Shown here in pieces: positions 19,609-30,031 of a stretch of 64,000 nt of DNA. Every line of letters begins with the position of its first letter. Position 1 is the first letter of the stretch. Position numbers and translations under genes: made by a program. Origin of the DNA: Nocardioidaceae bacterium (GTDB lineage: Bacteria; Actinomycetota; Actinomycetes; Propionibacteriales; Nocardioidaceae). The notes below the pieces were generated by a model, which ran no database searches, was not told the DNA's origin, and was given only the letters and a program-made list of their open reading frames with translations. The DNA is taken from positions 1,942 through 65,941 of the forward strand of contig JABFXA010000207.1 in assembly GCA_013361955.1 (NCBI GenBank), given 5' to 3'.

Positions 19609-19649
19609 CCGTCACCCCTCCGCACTCGGGTGCCAATCTAGCGATGGCA

Positions 19650-19684
19650 AGGGCCCCGCCGGCGGGGCGTGCCGGCGGGGCCCT
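19650..19684. other. 14-bp GC-rich inverted repeat in the idi/FN3 divergent intergenic region
   Basis: agggccccgccggc-ggggcgt-gccggcggggccct. Confidence 0.6.
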
Positions 19685-20010
19685 GTGCGTGCATGTCGGG
19701 GGCTTGGGGGCTCCCCCGCTGCTGGGGTCCCGGCTGGGGGACGGGACTGCCCGCAACGGTATCCGCGCCGCCCCCGCGGTGACACTCCCCCGGTGGTCGT
19801 AGCACCACCGGTGCATGTCGTCCTGAGCGATGCCGGCGCTAGCGTTCAACCGCTCTCGCGCCGTCCGACCCGGCGCGGAACATGAGGGCTTTCTCATCTT
19901 GCCTGCGAAGTGCAAGGAATGCTCAAGGTCGGCCGTCGACCTTCGGGAGCGCTCGAAGAAGGACGGGCACCTGGCCCGTTCCTCGTCTGGCTCTCGAGGA
20001 GGTTTCGAGC

Positions 20011-22020
20011 ATGCACTTCTCAACTCTGTTCACTGCGCCACCCGGGGATGCTGCCCGTAGGCGGCGGATCCGCGCGGCCGTGGGTGCGACCGCGGTCGCG
20101 GGACTGGTACTCACCCCGCTCGCCGTCGTGCAGGGCACGGCCTCGGCGGCGGTACCGGTGTTCCCGAACAACGTGGTGGTCTTTCCCGACCGCGACTTCG
20201 TCTCCGTCGAGGGGTACGCCGAGCACGCCGGCGAGACCGCGACCGTGGAGGTCACCCGGCCCGGCGTCGGCGTGATCGGCTCCGCGAAGGGCGACGTCTC
20301 CGGCACCGATGTGGCGTTCGAGATCAACCACCCCGGCGGCGTCTGCTGGGGCAACGGCACGAACCTGAACGTGACCCCGGACATCCAGGCCGGCGACGTC
20401 GTGTCGATCACCTTCCCGGACGGCTCCCACGACGAGACCACCACGTCCTCGGCGACGGTCATCCACGACATGGTCCAGGACGGCACCACGATCACCGTGG
20501 ACGGCACCTTCAACGTCGACCCGGCCAGCCCGCTGCCGGTGGTGAACCCGGACTTCCTGGAGCAGCGGATCATCCAGCCGGACCTGGTGCCGATCATCGG
20601 CAAGCGCGACGTGCGCGCTCTGCCCGGCCCGATCGTGCCGGCTCCGAGGGGCGGCTACAGCTCGGGCATGTCGTTCCCGTCGCCCGGCCACTTCGTCGCG
20701 ACGTACCAGTTCGACACCCTGGAGGCCGCCGACGTGACGGCCGCCGCGGACCTGGGCGAGCGGGCGATGAACTGGCAGGTCCAGGACGCCGACGGCAACC
20801 GGCAGGGACTGACCATCGCCGAGTTCGGCGAGGTCGGCGGCCCCGGCTTCGGTGGCTGCCCGGCAGGACCCGCGGGCCAGCCCGCTCCGGCCGGCACCGC
20901 CTCGGTGGTCCGCACCGGCGCGACCGCGCTGGTCAAGTGGAACCCCGTGGCCTCCGTCCCGACCGCGGACCCGGTCACCGGGTACAGCGTCGAGGCGGTC
21001 GGCGCCCCCGACGCGAACGCCGTGATGGCCACCACCGGGCAGCGGCTCGGCGTGAACGCCACCCAGGCGACGCTGACCGGGCTGGACCCGGCCGCGTCCT
21101 ACACCTTCGAGGTGCGGTCGATGACCGGCACCAAGCTGAGCGTGCCCTTCAGCATGGGCGCCGCCAGCGACACCACGGTGCCGACGCTGAACCTGTCGCC
21201 GGCGCCGCCACCGCTCGGTAGCCCCCCGGTCGAGGCGAACTCGGTGAGCGTGACCAGCAACGGTCAGGTGTTCTTCACCACCGACGGCTCGCCGGTGATC
21301 ACCGGCGGCCTGCCCTCGGACAACGCCAAGCTGCTCAGCGGGACCAGCATCCCGATCACCGCACCGACCACGCTGAAGGTCGCGGCCTTCGACCAGGTCG
21401 GCAACTTCGCCCTCGCCGAGGGTGACTACAAGCCGGTCAGCGTCGCCCTCCCGGCGAAGGTGACCGGACTGGCCGGCACCGGAGCGGAGACCTCGGTCGC
21501 GCTGACCTGGGACGCCTCCACCGACACCTCGGTGACCGGCTACCAGGTGACCGTCTCCGACAACGCCGGGGTCAAGCTGGCCAACCAGCCGCCGGTCACC
21601 TCGGTGCCGCGGCAGACGATCACCGGGCTGACGCCGGGGACCACCTACCAGTTCACGGTCGCGGCGAAGAACCCGGCCGGCCTCGGCCCCGAGTCCGACT
21701 CGATCAGCAAGGCCACCACGCCGGCCACCGACCACATCACCATCAGCACGGCGAAGTGGAAGTCGGGCGACTTCAAGGTCGTCGGCACCGGTGACCGGGT
21801 CGGCGCGATCATCCAGCTGTACCGGGTGAACACCGATGGCAGCCGTGGTGCGGCCATCACCGGCGCGACCGCCCAGGTCGTCGCCGCCGCCCCGCCGGGC
21901 ATCGGCGACTGGACGATCCGGCTGCGCAACACAGCAGCAGGCACCGCCAACCCGGGCCGCATCATCGCCGTCTCCGGCGGCGGCGGGATCGCGGGACCGT
22001 TCACGGTCTCGAACGGCTGA
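20011..22020 (+). CDS. secreted fibronectin type III domain protein (669 aa)
   Basis: GAGGAGG RBS; RRRR-containing signal region; two FN3 modules (W...Y.V...GL.P..SY.F.V) and a FN3-associated VFFTTDGS module. Confidence 0.85.
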   Translation: MHFSTLFTAPPGDAARRRRIRAAVGATAVAGLVLTPLAVVQGTASAAVPVFPNNVVVFPDRDFVSVEGYAEHAGETATVEVTRPGVGVIGSAKGDVSGTDVAFEINHPGGVCWGNGTNLNVTPDIQAGDVVSITFPDGSHDETTTSSATVIHDMVQDGTTITVDGTFNVDPASPLPVVNPDFLEQRIIQPDLVPIIGKRDVRALPGPIVPAPRGGYSSGMSFPSPGHFVATYQFDTLEAADVTAAADLGERAMNWQVQDADGNRQGLTIAEFGEVGGPGFGGCPAGPAGQPAPAGTASVVRTGATALVKWNPVASVPTADPVTGYSVEAVGAPDANAVMATTGQRLGVNATQATLTGLDPAASYTFEVRSMTGTKLSVPFSMGAASDTTVPTLNLSPAPPPLGSPPVEANSVSVTSNGQVFFTTDGSPVITGGLPSDNAKLLSGTSIPITAPTTLKVAAFDQVGNFALAEGDYKPVSVALPAKVTGLAGTGAETSVALTWDASTDTSVTGYQVTVSDNAGVKLANQPPVTSVPRQTITGLTPGTTYQFTVAAKNPAGLGPESDSISKATTPATDHITISTAKWKSGDFKVVGTGDRVGAIIQLYRVNTDGSRGAAITGATAQVVAAAPPGIGDWTIRLRNTAAGTANPGRIIAVSGGGGIAGPFTVSNG

Positions 22021-22047
22021 GCTCTCCTCTCACGCCGTTCCGAGAAA

Positions 22048-22079
22048 GGCGGGCCCCCACCTCCGGGTGGGGGCCCGCC
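22048..22079 (+). terminator. intrinsic terminator-like hairpin
   Basis: ggcgggcccccacc-tccg-ggtgggggcccgcc, perfect 14-bp stem just after the stop codon. Confidence 0.78.
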
Positions 22080-22121
22080 GCATTCGAAGCCGTCCGGCTG
22101 ACCTCGTCGACGGGAGCGCCC

Positions 22122-22553
22122 ATGCGCATCGACTTCCAGCTCACGTACGACCCTCCGCACGCACGGCTCCAGATCGCCGGTGCGCTCGACTTCAGCGCGA
22201 CGGAGCAGCTGTGCGACCTGTTCAGCGACCTGGCGCACCGCGGCTGCACCCGGATCGAGCTCGACCTGGCCGGTGCCACGTGCCTCGACGTCGTCGCGGA
22301 GCGCGTCCTCCAGCAGGAGCGACGCCGGCTCGGCAGGTCCGGTGGGAGCCTCGTCGTCGTCGCGATGTCGGCGGCCTGCCTGCTGGTCGGCGACCCGGTT
22401 CCCGCGTTCGGTTCCCCGTGGTTCCCCACGGAGCGAAGTGGGCATGGTCCCCGTCGCGCAGCATGCACGAACCCAGAGCCGCCCCCGGGCTCGAGAACCC
22501 CGGGGGCGGCGCGGGAGCCGGTCTCCGCTCCGGACAGCCCTGCCAGGCGATAG
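22122..22553 (+). CDS. STAS-domain (anti-sigma-factor antagonist-like) protein
   Basis: LQIAGALDFSA...IELDLAGATCLD pattern; the canonical phospho-Ser (DS) appears replaced (DV); C-terminal tail may be a frameshift artefact. Confidence 0.65.
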   Translation: MRIDFQLTYDPPHARLQIAGALDFSATEQLCDLFSDLAHRGCTRIELDLAGATCLDVVAERVLQQERRRLGRSGGSLVVVAMSAACLLVGDPVPAFGSPWFPTERSGHGPRRAACTNPEPPPGSRTPGAAREPVSAPDSPARR

Positions 22554-22620
22554 GCAACCAGGCTGCCGGCGCGACCGCAGGGTCCGGAACCAGCTCGACG
22601 CGGGGTGACTCGTCGGTGGT

Positions 22621-23799
22621 GTGGACGCCGCCGCGGCCCGCACGGCCCTCGCCCCGACACTGAGTCGGCTGCCGACCTCACCGTCGGCGGCCACCTGGGT
22701 GCTGACCGTGGTGGTCGTGCAGCTCGCCTTCTCGCTGCGCTTCTTCTCGAAGTACGCCGGTGCGCTCGCGCCGACCGTCTACGTCGCCTACGTCGCCCTG
22801 GGAATGGCGCTGTGCGTCGTCGTCCTGCGGAGTCCCCGGCTGCTCCGGCTGCTCAGCCGGGAGGCTCTTCTCGTGACCGCGGTCGTGTGCCTCGTCGCGC
22901 TCGTCGCCGTCATGTACCCGGTGGCGGACGCGCTCCGTGACGTCGGGGCCGGGTCCGACCAGGACGACTGCGTGCGCGAGCTCGTGGACAACGTGATCGC
23001 GCACCGTGCGCCGTTCGGCCGCGGCTACTTCGGCGACCCGTGCTCGACCGGCCCCGGTGAGCTGTTCGTGTACTGGCCGGTCGCGCTGTCCCGGGCCTGG
23101 TTCGTGGTCGTTCCCGGGCTCTGCGTCGGTCTCGGGTAGGTCGTGCTCCGGGTCGTCGCGGACCGCGGTGGCGGTGCTGCTCAGCCTGACCCAGCTGTGC
23201 TCCTGGCTGTTCCTCGAGCTCGCCACGACTGGGTCCGACCTGCTCCTGATCGGCTGGCTGTACGCCGCGGCCGTGACCTTCTCGTGGGTGGGGGTGCGCC
23301 AGCGGCGTGGCGAGCTGCTGGTGGCCGGCGCAGCGGCGTACTGGATCTTCGCGACCAGCCGGGTGCCGCTGGCCCTGGTCGCCGCCGCGTCGGCCGGCCT
23401 GCTGCTGCTCGCCCTCGGCGCCCGGGTGTGGCCGGTCGTCGCCCCGGCCGCTGCGCTGACCCTGCTCCTGTACGCGGGGAGCTATGCGATCGCGCCCTCG
23501 CAGTTCGAGCCCGGGCATCTCGTCGCCAAGTCCGGACGCGTGGTGCGCGACCTCCTCGCGGGTCCCGGGCTCGCGGCGCTCGTCGCGGTCGGGCTGGTCG
23601 TCCTCGCCGGTGCCGCACTCGCCCTGCGCTCGGGCGCGGTGGGCCTGGTGCAGACCCGGCGGCCTGGGAGGGCCTGCACTACCTCTACGTCGCGACGCCG
23701 ATGCTCCTGGTGACCGCGGCCGACCGGATCAGGCGCGAGGCCGTCGGGACGTGCACGCCCCCCTCCCAGAACCTTCCCAACCCGCGCCGCCGGGCCTAG
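22621..23799 (+). pseudogene. polytopic membrane protein (GT-C-like), disrupted
   Basis: GSDQDD loop after TMs; TAG at 23137-23139, then hydrophobic coding continues in other frames (shifts near 23165 and 23650). Confidence 0.6.
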
Positions 23800-23850
23800 T
23801 GTCGTCTCGTCCTCATCTCGGGGGGCACGGGAGAGCCCGGAGGCGCGCAC

Positions 23851-25731
23851 ATGTTCGCTCGGTCAGCATCCACCACCCATGTCCGGACGCGGCTACGGCT
23901 GCTGGTCGTCGGCCTGTCCCTGGCGCTGGCCGCGGCGCTCGGTCCGCCCGTCGCCACGGCCGACGACCCGGGAGCAGCCGGCGACGCGCCGTACCGCGGC
24001 CGGGTGATCGCCCTGATGCAGCACATGACGCTGGAGCAGAAGGTCGGCCAGCTGTTCGTCATCGAGGTCGCCGGTCGAGACGCCACCGACGTCAGCGCCG
24101 CGGCCAAGGCCGTCAACCAGAAGCTGTACGGCGTCGACACGCCCGCGCAGGCGATCGCGAAGTACCAGCCCGGCGGCGTCATCTACTACACGACGCGTCA
24201 GGCCTGCTCCACCTGCACGAGCGACGACAACATCGGCGACCCCGCGCAGGTCGCCACCCTGTCCAACGGGCTCCAGACCGCAGCCCTCGCGCAACCGACG
24301 CACATCCCGCTGCAGATCTCGGTCGACCAGGAGGGCGGCGCGCTCGTCGCCCGGTTCCTCGCTCCGGCGACCCAGATGCCCGGCAACATGGCGCTCGGCG
24401 CCGGACGGTCCGCCGACGACGCCTACGACTCGGCCAAGGTGATCGGCGAGGAGCTCGCCTCGGTCGGGGTCACCCAGGACTACGCGCCGGTCTCCGACGT
24501 CAACATCAACCCGAACAACCCCGTGATCGGCATCCGCTCCATCGGCGGCGACCCGGACCTGGTCTCCGACCTCGCGTCGGCGCAGGTCAAGGGCTACCAC
24601 GCGGGCGGGATCTCCTCGGTCGCCAAGCACTTCCCCGGGCACGGTGACACCGGCGTCGACAGCCACTTCGGCCTGCCGCAGGTCACGCACGACCTGGCAC
24701 AGTTCGAGGCGACCGACCTGCCGCCGTTCAAGGCGGACATCGCCGCCGGAGTCGACACGATCATGACCGCCCACGTGGTCTTCCCCGCGGTCGACCCGTC
24801 CGGCGCGCCGGCGACCATGAGCCACAAGATCCTCACCGGCGTGCTGCGTGACGAGCTCGGCTTCAAGGGCCTGATCGTGACCGACGCCCTCGACATGGGC
24901 GGCGCGACGGCCACGTACCCGCCGGACGTAGCCCCCGTGCAGGCGATCCTCGCCGGCGCGGACCAGCTGCTCATCCCGCCGAAGATGGACACGGCGTACG
25001 GCGCCGTGCTGGCCGCGGTCCGCAGCGGCAAGATCAGCCGGCAGCGGCTCGACGACTCGGTCTACCGCGTGCTGCTGCACAAGTACCAGCACGGGATCTT
25101 CGCCGACCCGTTCGTCGACCCGGCGGCGGCGCCGACCGTGATGGGCGCGCCCGACCACCTCGCGGAGGCACGGGCGATCACCGACCGCACCACGACGCTG
25201 GTCAAGAACGACGCCGGGCTGCTGCCGCTGGCGGCCGGTCCGCGCCGCGTGCTCGTCGCCGGCTGGGGCGTGAGCACCACGCAGACGATCGCGAGTGCGA
25301 TGGCCGTCCGCGGCGCGACGACCCGGGTCCTCGAGTCGGGCACCACGCCCTCGTCGACCGCGATCGACAACGCGGTGGCGGCCGCGCAGGACGCCGACCT
25401 CGTGGTGGTGCCGACCAACAACGCCTACGCCGTGAACGCGGCCACGGGGCAGCCGACCGCTGCCGCGGCGGCGCAGACCCGGCTGGTGCAATCGCTCCTC
25501 GCCACCGGGAAGCCGGTGGTGGTGACCGCGATGCGCAACCCGTACGACGTCGCGTCGTTCCCCGACGCGCCGACGGTGCTCGACACCTACGGCTACACGA
25601 CCGACCAGGTCGAGTCCCTGGTGCGGGTGTTGTTCGGTGAGGTGAACCCGGCCGGCACGCTGCCGGTCTCGATACCCCGCGCCGACGGCACCGGCGAGCT
25701 GTACCCGTTCGGCCACGGCCTGCACTACTGA
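23851..25731 (+). CDS. secreted GH3 beta-N-acetylhexosaminidase-like glycoside hydrolase
   Basis: LEQKVGQL, SVDQEGG, KHFPGHGDTGVDSH, IMTAH, VTDALDM; GH3 C-terminal domain RNPYD. Confidence 0.92.
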   Translation: MFARSASTTHVRTRLRLLVVGLSLALAAALGPPVATADDPGAAGDAPYRGRVIALMQHMTLEQKVGQLFVIEVAGRDATDVSAAAKAVNQKLYGVDTPAQAIAKYQPGGVIYYTTRQACSTCTSDDNIGDPAQVATLSNGLQTAALAQPTHIPLQISVDQEGGALVARFLAPATQMPGNMALGAGRSADDAYDSAKVIGEELASVGVTQDYAPVSDVNINPNNPVIGIRSIGGDPDLVSDLASAQVKGYHAGGISSVAKHFPGHGDTGVDSHFGLPQVTHDLAQFEATDLPPFKADIAAGVDTIMTAHVVFPAVDPSGAPATMSHKILTGVLRDELGFKGLIVTDALDMGGATATYPPDVAPVQAILAGADQLLIPPKMDTAYGAVLAAVRSGKISRQRLDDSVYRVLLHKYQHGIFADPFVDPAAAPTVMGAPDHLAEARAITDRTTTLVKNDAGLLPLAAGPRRVLVAGWGVSTTQTIASAMAVRGATTRVLESGTTPSSTAIDNAVAAAQDADLVVVPTNNAYAVNAATGQPTAAAAAQTRLVQSLLATGKPVVVTAMRNPYDVASFPDAPTVLDTYGYTTDQVESLVRVLFGEVNPAGTLPVSIPRADGTGELYPFGHGLHY

Positions 25732-25749
25732 CCACGACGAGTCCGCCCG

Positions 25750-25837
25750 CCGGTCCCGCCGAGGCGTCACTCCGGTCCCGCCGAAGCGTCACTCCGGTCC
25801 CGCCGAAGCGTCACTCCGGTCCCGCCGAAGCGTCACT
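25750..25837 (+). repeat. 4 x 22-bp tandem repeat CCGGTCCCGCCGAAGCGTCACT
   Basis: Four contiguous units, one with A>G; no spacers. Confidence 0.95.
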
Positions 25838-25877
25838 CGGGCGCCTGCACATGGACGGGTCGACGTGGCTGGCGGCG

Positions 25878-25980
25878 CGCCGGAACACGAGTGACCTCCC
25901 GCCGGAACACGAGTGACCTCCCGCGGGGGCACGGGTGACCTCTCGCGGGGGCACGGGTGACCTCTCGCGGGGGCGCGCGC
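25878..25980 (+). repeat. 4+ x 22-bp tandem repeat (2 x CGCCGGAACACGAGTGACCTCC, 2 x CGCGGGGGCACGGGTGACCTCT, plus a partial unit)
   Basis: Read directly; related to the reverse complement of the left array (shared AGTGAC core, 14/22 by manual alignment). Confidence 0.9.
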
Positions 25981-26025
25981 CAAAAGCCGTTGGGACATCG
26001 GGGACCGTCCGCAACACTGACCGGC

Positions 26026-26763
26026 GTGGACGAGGTCGAGGTCGTCGTGGCCCACAACGAGCGGGCGACCCTCCGCGTCGGCGAGGTGTTCCTGAAGGTC
26101 GACGCCGACCAGAGACGCACCGACGTCGAGGTCGAGGCGATGACGATGGCGCCGGTCCCGACCCCGCGGGTGCTGTGGCGGAAGCCCCCCGTGCTGGCGC
26201 TCGCTGCCCTCCCGGGATCGGCGCTCGGCCGCCTCGGCGAGCCGTCGACCGCCTCGTCGGCGGCGTGGACGGCGGCCGGCGCCGCCGTACGCCTGCTGCA
26301 CGACGCGACGCCGCCGCCCCGGTCCGGACCGAGCCTCGAGGAGAAGGCAGCCGGCCTCGAGCGCGAGTGCACGTGGCTCCTCGACAACGACGTCCTTCCT
26401 GCCGATCTGGTCAGGCGCAACCGTCGGGTCGCCGAGGCTGCGCTCCGACCCTGGACGCCGATGTTCGCGCACGGCGACCTGCAGGTCGCGCACGTGTTCG
26501 TCGACGGTGACGAGGTCACCGGCGTGGTCGACTGGTCCGAGGCGGGTCGGGGCGATGGGCTGTACGACATCGCCAGCCTGACCCTCGGGCACCCGGAGCA
26601 CCTCGGCGACGTCCTCATCGGATACGGCGCGGACGTCGACCACGACGTGATCCGCGCCTGGTGGTCGCTGCGGAGCCTGACGGCGATCCGGTGGCTGGTC
26701 GAGCACGGCTTCGACCCGTCCGCTCCGGGGTGCGAGATCGACGTGCTGAGGTCCCAGCGGTGA
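26026..26763 (+). CDS. aminoglycoside-phosphotransferase-like kinase
   Basis: FLKVD, FAHGDLQVAHV, GVVDWSEA, YDIA. Confidence 0.87.
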   Translation: MDEVEVVVAHNERATLRVGEVFLKVDADQRRTDVEVEAMTMAPVPTPRVLWRKPPVLALAALPGSALGRLGEPSTASSAAWTAAGAAVRLLHDATPPPRSGPSLEEKAAGLERECTWLLDNDVLPADLVRRNRRVAEAALRPWTPMFAHGDLQVAHVFVDGDEVTGVVDWSEAGRGDGLYDIASLTLGHPEHLGDVLIGYGADVDHDVIRAWWSLRSLTAIRWLVEHGFDPSAPGCEIDVLRSQR

Positions 26764-26789
26764 GGTGCGCCGACGAGGAGAGGGGTCGG

Positions 26790-28253
26790 ATGGCTGACGT
26801 GATCGTGGTCGGGGCGGGCCCCACCGGACTGATGCTGGCCGGTGAGCTGGCGCTGGCCGGCGTCGACGTCCACGTCGTGGAGCGGCGCTCCAGCTCGGAG
26901 CTGGTGGGCATGCGCGCCCGCGGTTTCCACTCCCGGACCATCGAGATCCTCGACCAGCGGGGCATCGCCGACCGCTTCCTCGCCGCGGGGCGGACCGTCG
27001 CCGCGGCGTCCTTCGCGCGCACGCCGGTGGACATCAGCGACCTCCCCACCCGGCACCCGTACACGCTGGCGCTGGTGCAGAGCGACATCGAGAGGATCCT
27101 GGGCGGCTGGGTCGCCGAGCTGGGGGTGCCGATCCACCGGGAGCGCGAGGTCGCCGGGTTCGCCCAGGACGCCGAGAGTGTCGACCTCGAGCTGACCGAC
27201 GCGGCCCCGATGCGCGCCCGGTACGTCGTGGCGGCCGACGGCGGAAGGAGCACGATCCGCAAGGCGGCCGGCATCGGGTTCCCGGGGTGGGAGGCGACCA
27301 GGAGCACGCTGATCGCCGAGGTGGAGGTGACCGAGGAGACGCCGCAGGGCGCCCGGGTCGACAAGACCGGGATCCACGGGCTCACCCCGATGCCCGGCGG
27401 CCGCACCGTGCAGGTGCTGGTCACCGAGCAGCGGCTCGGGCCGGCGACCGACCCCACGCTGGCCGACCTCAGCAGCGCCCTGGTCGCGGTGTACGGCACC
27501 GACTTCGGGGTGCACAGCCCGAGGACGATCTCGCGGTTCAGCGACGCGACCCGACAGGCGGCGGCGTACCGTGCGGGGCGGGTGCTGCTGGCCGGCGACG
27601 CGGCCCACGTCCACAGTCCCACCGGCGGGCAGGGGGTCGGCCTCGGTGTCGAGGACGCGGTGAACCTGGGCTGGAAGCTCGCGCAGGTGGTCCAGGGCGT
27701 CGCCCCCGACCGCCTGCTGGACACCTACCAGGCGGAGCGTCACCCGGCCACCGCCCGCGTGCTGGAGTACACGATGGCGATGGCGGTGACCCAGCTGGCC
27801 GACGACCGGGTCAGTGCCCTGGCCGGTGTGCTGTCCGACCTGCTCACGGTCGACGCGGCCCGGGTCAGGCTCGCCGGCCTGCACCTCGGCCTCGACGTCC
27901 GCTACCAGGCCGCCGACGGCGCACACCCGCTGCTGGGTCGCCGGATGCCGGACCTCGACCTGACGAGCGCGGGCGGTCCCGTGCGGGTGTACTCGCTCCT
28001 GCACGACGCGCACCCCGTGCTTCTCGACCTGGGTACGCCGGGCGGCATCACGCCGGGGGCCTGGGGCGAACGCGTGCGGTTCCTCCAGGCGTCGTACGAC
28101 GGCACGTGGGAGCTGCCCGTGATCGGTGCCGTCGACACTGCCGCGGCCGTGCTGGTCCGACCCGACGGGCACGTGGCGTGGGTGGGAGACGGGACCGACG
28201 CGGGGCTCGAGGAGGCGCTCACCCGCTGGTTCGGGCCGGCCGCGGCGCGGTAG
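26790..28253 (+). CDS. FAD-dependent monooxygenase (FAD_binding_3 / PheA-TfdB type)
   Basis: GAGPTG, ADGGRSTIR, LAGDAAHVHSPTGGQG, C-terminal LVRPDGHVAW. Confidence 0.92.
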   Translation: MADVIVVGAGPTGLMLAGELALAGVDVHVVERRSSSELVGMRARGFHSRTIEILDQRGIADRFLAAGRTVAAASFARTPVDISDLPTRHPYTLALVQSDIERILGGWVAELGVPIHREREVAGFAQDAESVDLELTDAAPMRARYVVAADGGRSTIRKAAGIGFPGWEATRSTLIAEVEVTEETPQGARVDKTGIHGLTPMPGGRTVQVLVTEQRLGPATDPTLADLSSALVAVYGTDFGVHSPRTISRFSDATRQAAAYRAGRVLLAGDAAHVHSPTGGQGVGLGVEDAVNLGWKLAQVVQGVAPDRLLDTYQAERHPATARVLEYTMAMAVTQLADDRVSALAGVLSDLLTVDAARVRLAGLHLGLDVRYQAADGAHPLLGRRMPDLDLTSAGGPVRVYSLLHDAHPVLLDLGTPGGITPGAWGERVRFLQASYDGTWELPVIGAVDTAAAVLVRPDGHVAWVGDGTDAGLEEALTRWFGPAAAR

Positions 28254-28261
28254 CGCCGGTC

Positions 28262-28640
28262 CGGCCGCCGGCCCAGGCGCGCCAGGACGGCCGCGACCGG
28301 GCGACTGACCTCCGGGTCCTCGGCGAGCTCCAGCTTCTGCAAGACCCCGTTGATGTGCTTCTCCACGCCCCGATCGCTCATGAACAGGCGTGGTCGCGGC
28401 GTTGTTGCGGCCGGCCGCCATCTCGGTAGGCACCTCGTGCTCACGGTCGGTGAGGCCGGGCAGCGGCGAGCGGCCCTCGCGGGCGTGGCGGCGCAGCAGG
28501 CTTCCACGATCCGCGGGTCGAGCGCGGCGCCACCTCGCGCCCCTCGTGGATGGCGCGGACCAGCTCACCGAGACCCGCTCCTTGAGCAGGTACCCGAGCC
28601 CGGCGACCCCGTCCTCGAGGAGCTGTCGGCAGGCCCACGT
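28262..28640 (-). pseudogene. degraded NarL/LuxR-type response regulator
   Basis: Fragments in shifting frames: LEDGVAGLGYLLKERV, ALDPRIVE, LFMSDRGVEKHINGVLQKLEL...SRPVAAVL. Confidence 0.7.
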
Positions 28641-28766
28641 GACGCCGGTCCGACCGCTCGTGTCCGGAGATGTCGGCACATCGGTGGTCGGGGTCGGGTC
28701 GTGACGGCGTTTCCCGGGCTCCCGGGGCCGGGCCTCCTGTCCCCGGATCGGACGTACGGTTCGAAC

Positions 28767-29657
28767 ATGCTGCGCGACGTCCGTGAGTACATCGACCGTC
28801 TCAACATCGACGGGCACCACATCGGCGAGGACTACGACGACGACCCGGTGCTGCTGAACCCCGACGGGCGAGCGGTCGACACCTGGCGCGAGAACTACCC
28901 CTACGACGAGCGGATGCCCCGCGAGGAGTACGACGAGACGAAGTACCTGCTCCAGGTGGAGCTGCTGAAGTTCCAGAACTGGGCGGCCAACACCCGCAGC
29001 AAGCACGTGCTGCTGTTCGAGGGCCGGGACGCGGCCGGCAAGGGCGGCACCATCAAGCGGTTCATGGAGCACCTCAACCCGCGCTACGCCCGCACCGTCG
29101 CGCTCAGCAAGCCCAGCGACCGCGAGACGACGCAGTGGTACTTCCAGCGCTACGTGCAGTACCTGCCGACGGCCGGCGAGATGGTGCTGTTCGACCGGTC
29201 CTGGTACAACCGCGCGGGCGTCGAGCGGGTGATGGGCTTCGCGTCGCCGCCGGAGTACGAACGGTTCATGTCGCAGGCGCCGCAGTTCGAGCAGATGCTG
29301 GTGGACAGCGGGATCTCGCTGACCAAGTTCTGGTTCTCCGTGACGCAGTCCGAGCAGCGCACCCGGTTCATCATCCGCCAGGTCGACCCGGTGCGGCAGT
29401 GGAAGCTCTCCCCGATCGACCTGGAGTCCCTGGACAAGTGGGACGACTACACGGTGGCCAAGGAGGCGATGATCCGCCGTACCGACACCGAGTGGGCACC
29501 CTGGACGACCATCAAGAGCAACGACAAGAAGCGTGCCCGGATCAACGCGATGCGGGCCTTCCTCACCCGGTTCGACTACGAGGGCAAGGACGCCGAGGTC
29601 GTGGGCGAGCCCGACCCCCGGATCGTGCAGCGCGGCGTGGACGCCGTCGGGGACTGA
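28767..29657 (+). CDS. ppk2: polyphosphate kinase 2
   Basis: FEGRDAAGKGGTIKR, QWYFQRY, FDRSWYNRAGVERVMGF, WKLSPID. Confidence 0.96.
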   Translation: MLRDVREYIDRLNIDGHHIGEDYDDDPVLLNPDGRAVDTWRENYPYDERMPREEYDETKYLLQVELLKFQNWAANTRSKHVLLFEGRDAAGKGGTIKRFMEHLNPRYARTVALSKPSDRETTQWYFQRYVQYLPTAGEMVLFDRSWYNRAGVERVMGFASPPEYERFMSQAPQFEQMLVDSGISLTKFWFSVTQSEQRTRFIIRQVDPVRQWKLSPIDLESLDKWDDYTVAKEAMIRRTDTEWAPWTTIKSNDKKRARINAMRAFLTRFDYEGKDAEVVGEPDPRIVQRGVDAVGD

Positions 29658-30031
29658 TGGCCGCGGGGTGACGTGCCGGTGAACGGCAGGTTCACGAGCG
29701 GCCCCGCTCAGGCGGCGGCCTGACGATGGTCGGGATCCCCGCGAACCCGGTGATCGACCTCGGCCGGATCGTCGAGTACCGGCAGTCGTTCCGCGCCGCC
29801 CGGCGCATCCTGGTGCCGGCCCTTGCCGATCGCGGCCGACCCGAGGTCGGCCCGTTCACCGCCGGCCGGCGCGACCGGGTCAGCGTCTCCGGCCCCCGCG
29901 CCCTGGTGGCCGAGCTGCTCGAGACCCTCGCCGGCGTCCGACAGGCACCCGCTGAGTGCATCCGCCTGGGTGACGCGGACCGGTGGCGCGGTAGGCCTGG
30001 ATGGTCGGCCCCTCCCCCGCGCCGGCTCCCG

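Noticed and set aside
25750-25980. CRISPR array
   Set aside because: Units are contiguous with no unique spacers, 22 bp long, and no cas1/cas2 or effector genes are present.
26790-28253. Rifamycin monooxygenase (rox)
   Set aside because: Same broad family, but I see no rifamycin-associated element upstream and cannot confirm identity without alignment.
29726-30030. Separate gene between ppk2 and the MetE-like gene
   Set aside because: About 80 plausible codons run straight into the antisense of the next gene with no recognisable motif; at best a scrap.
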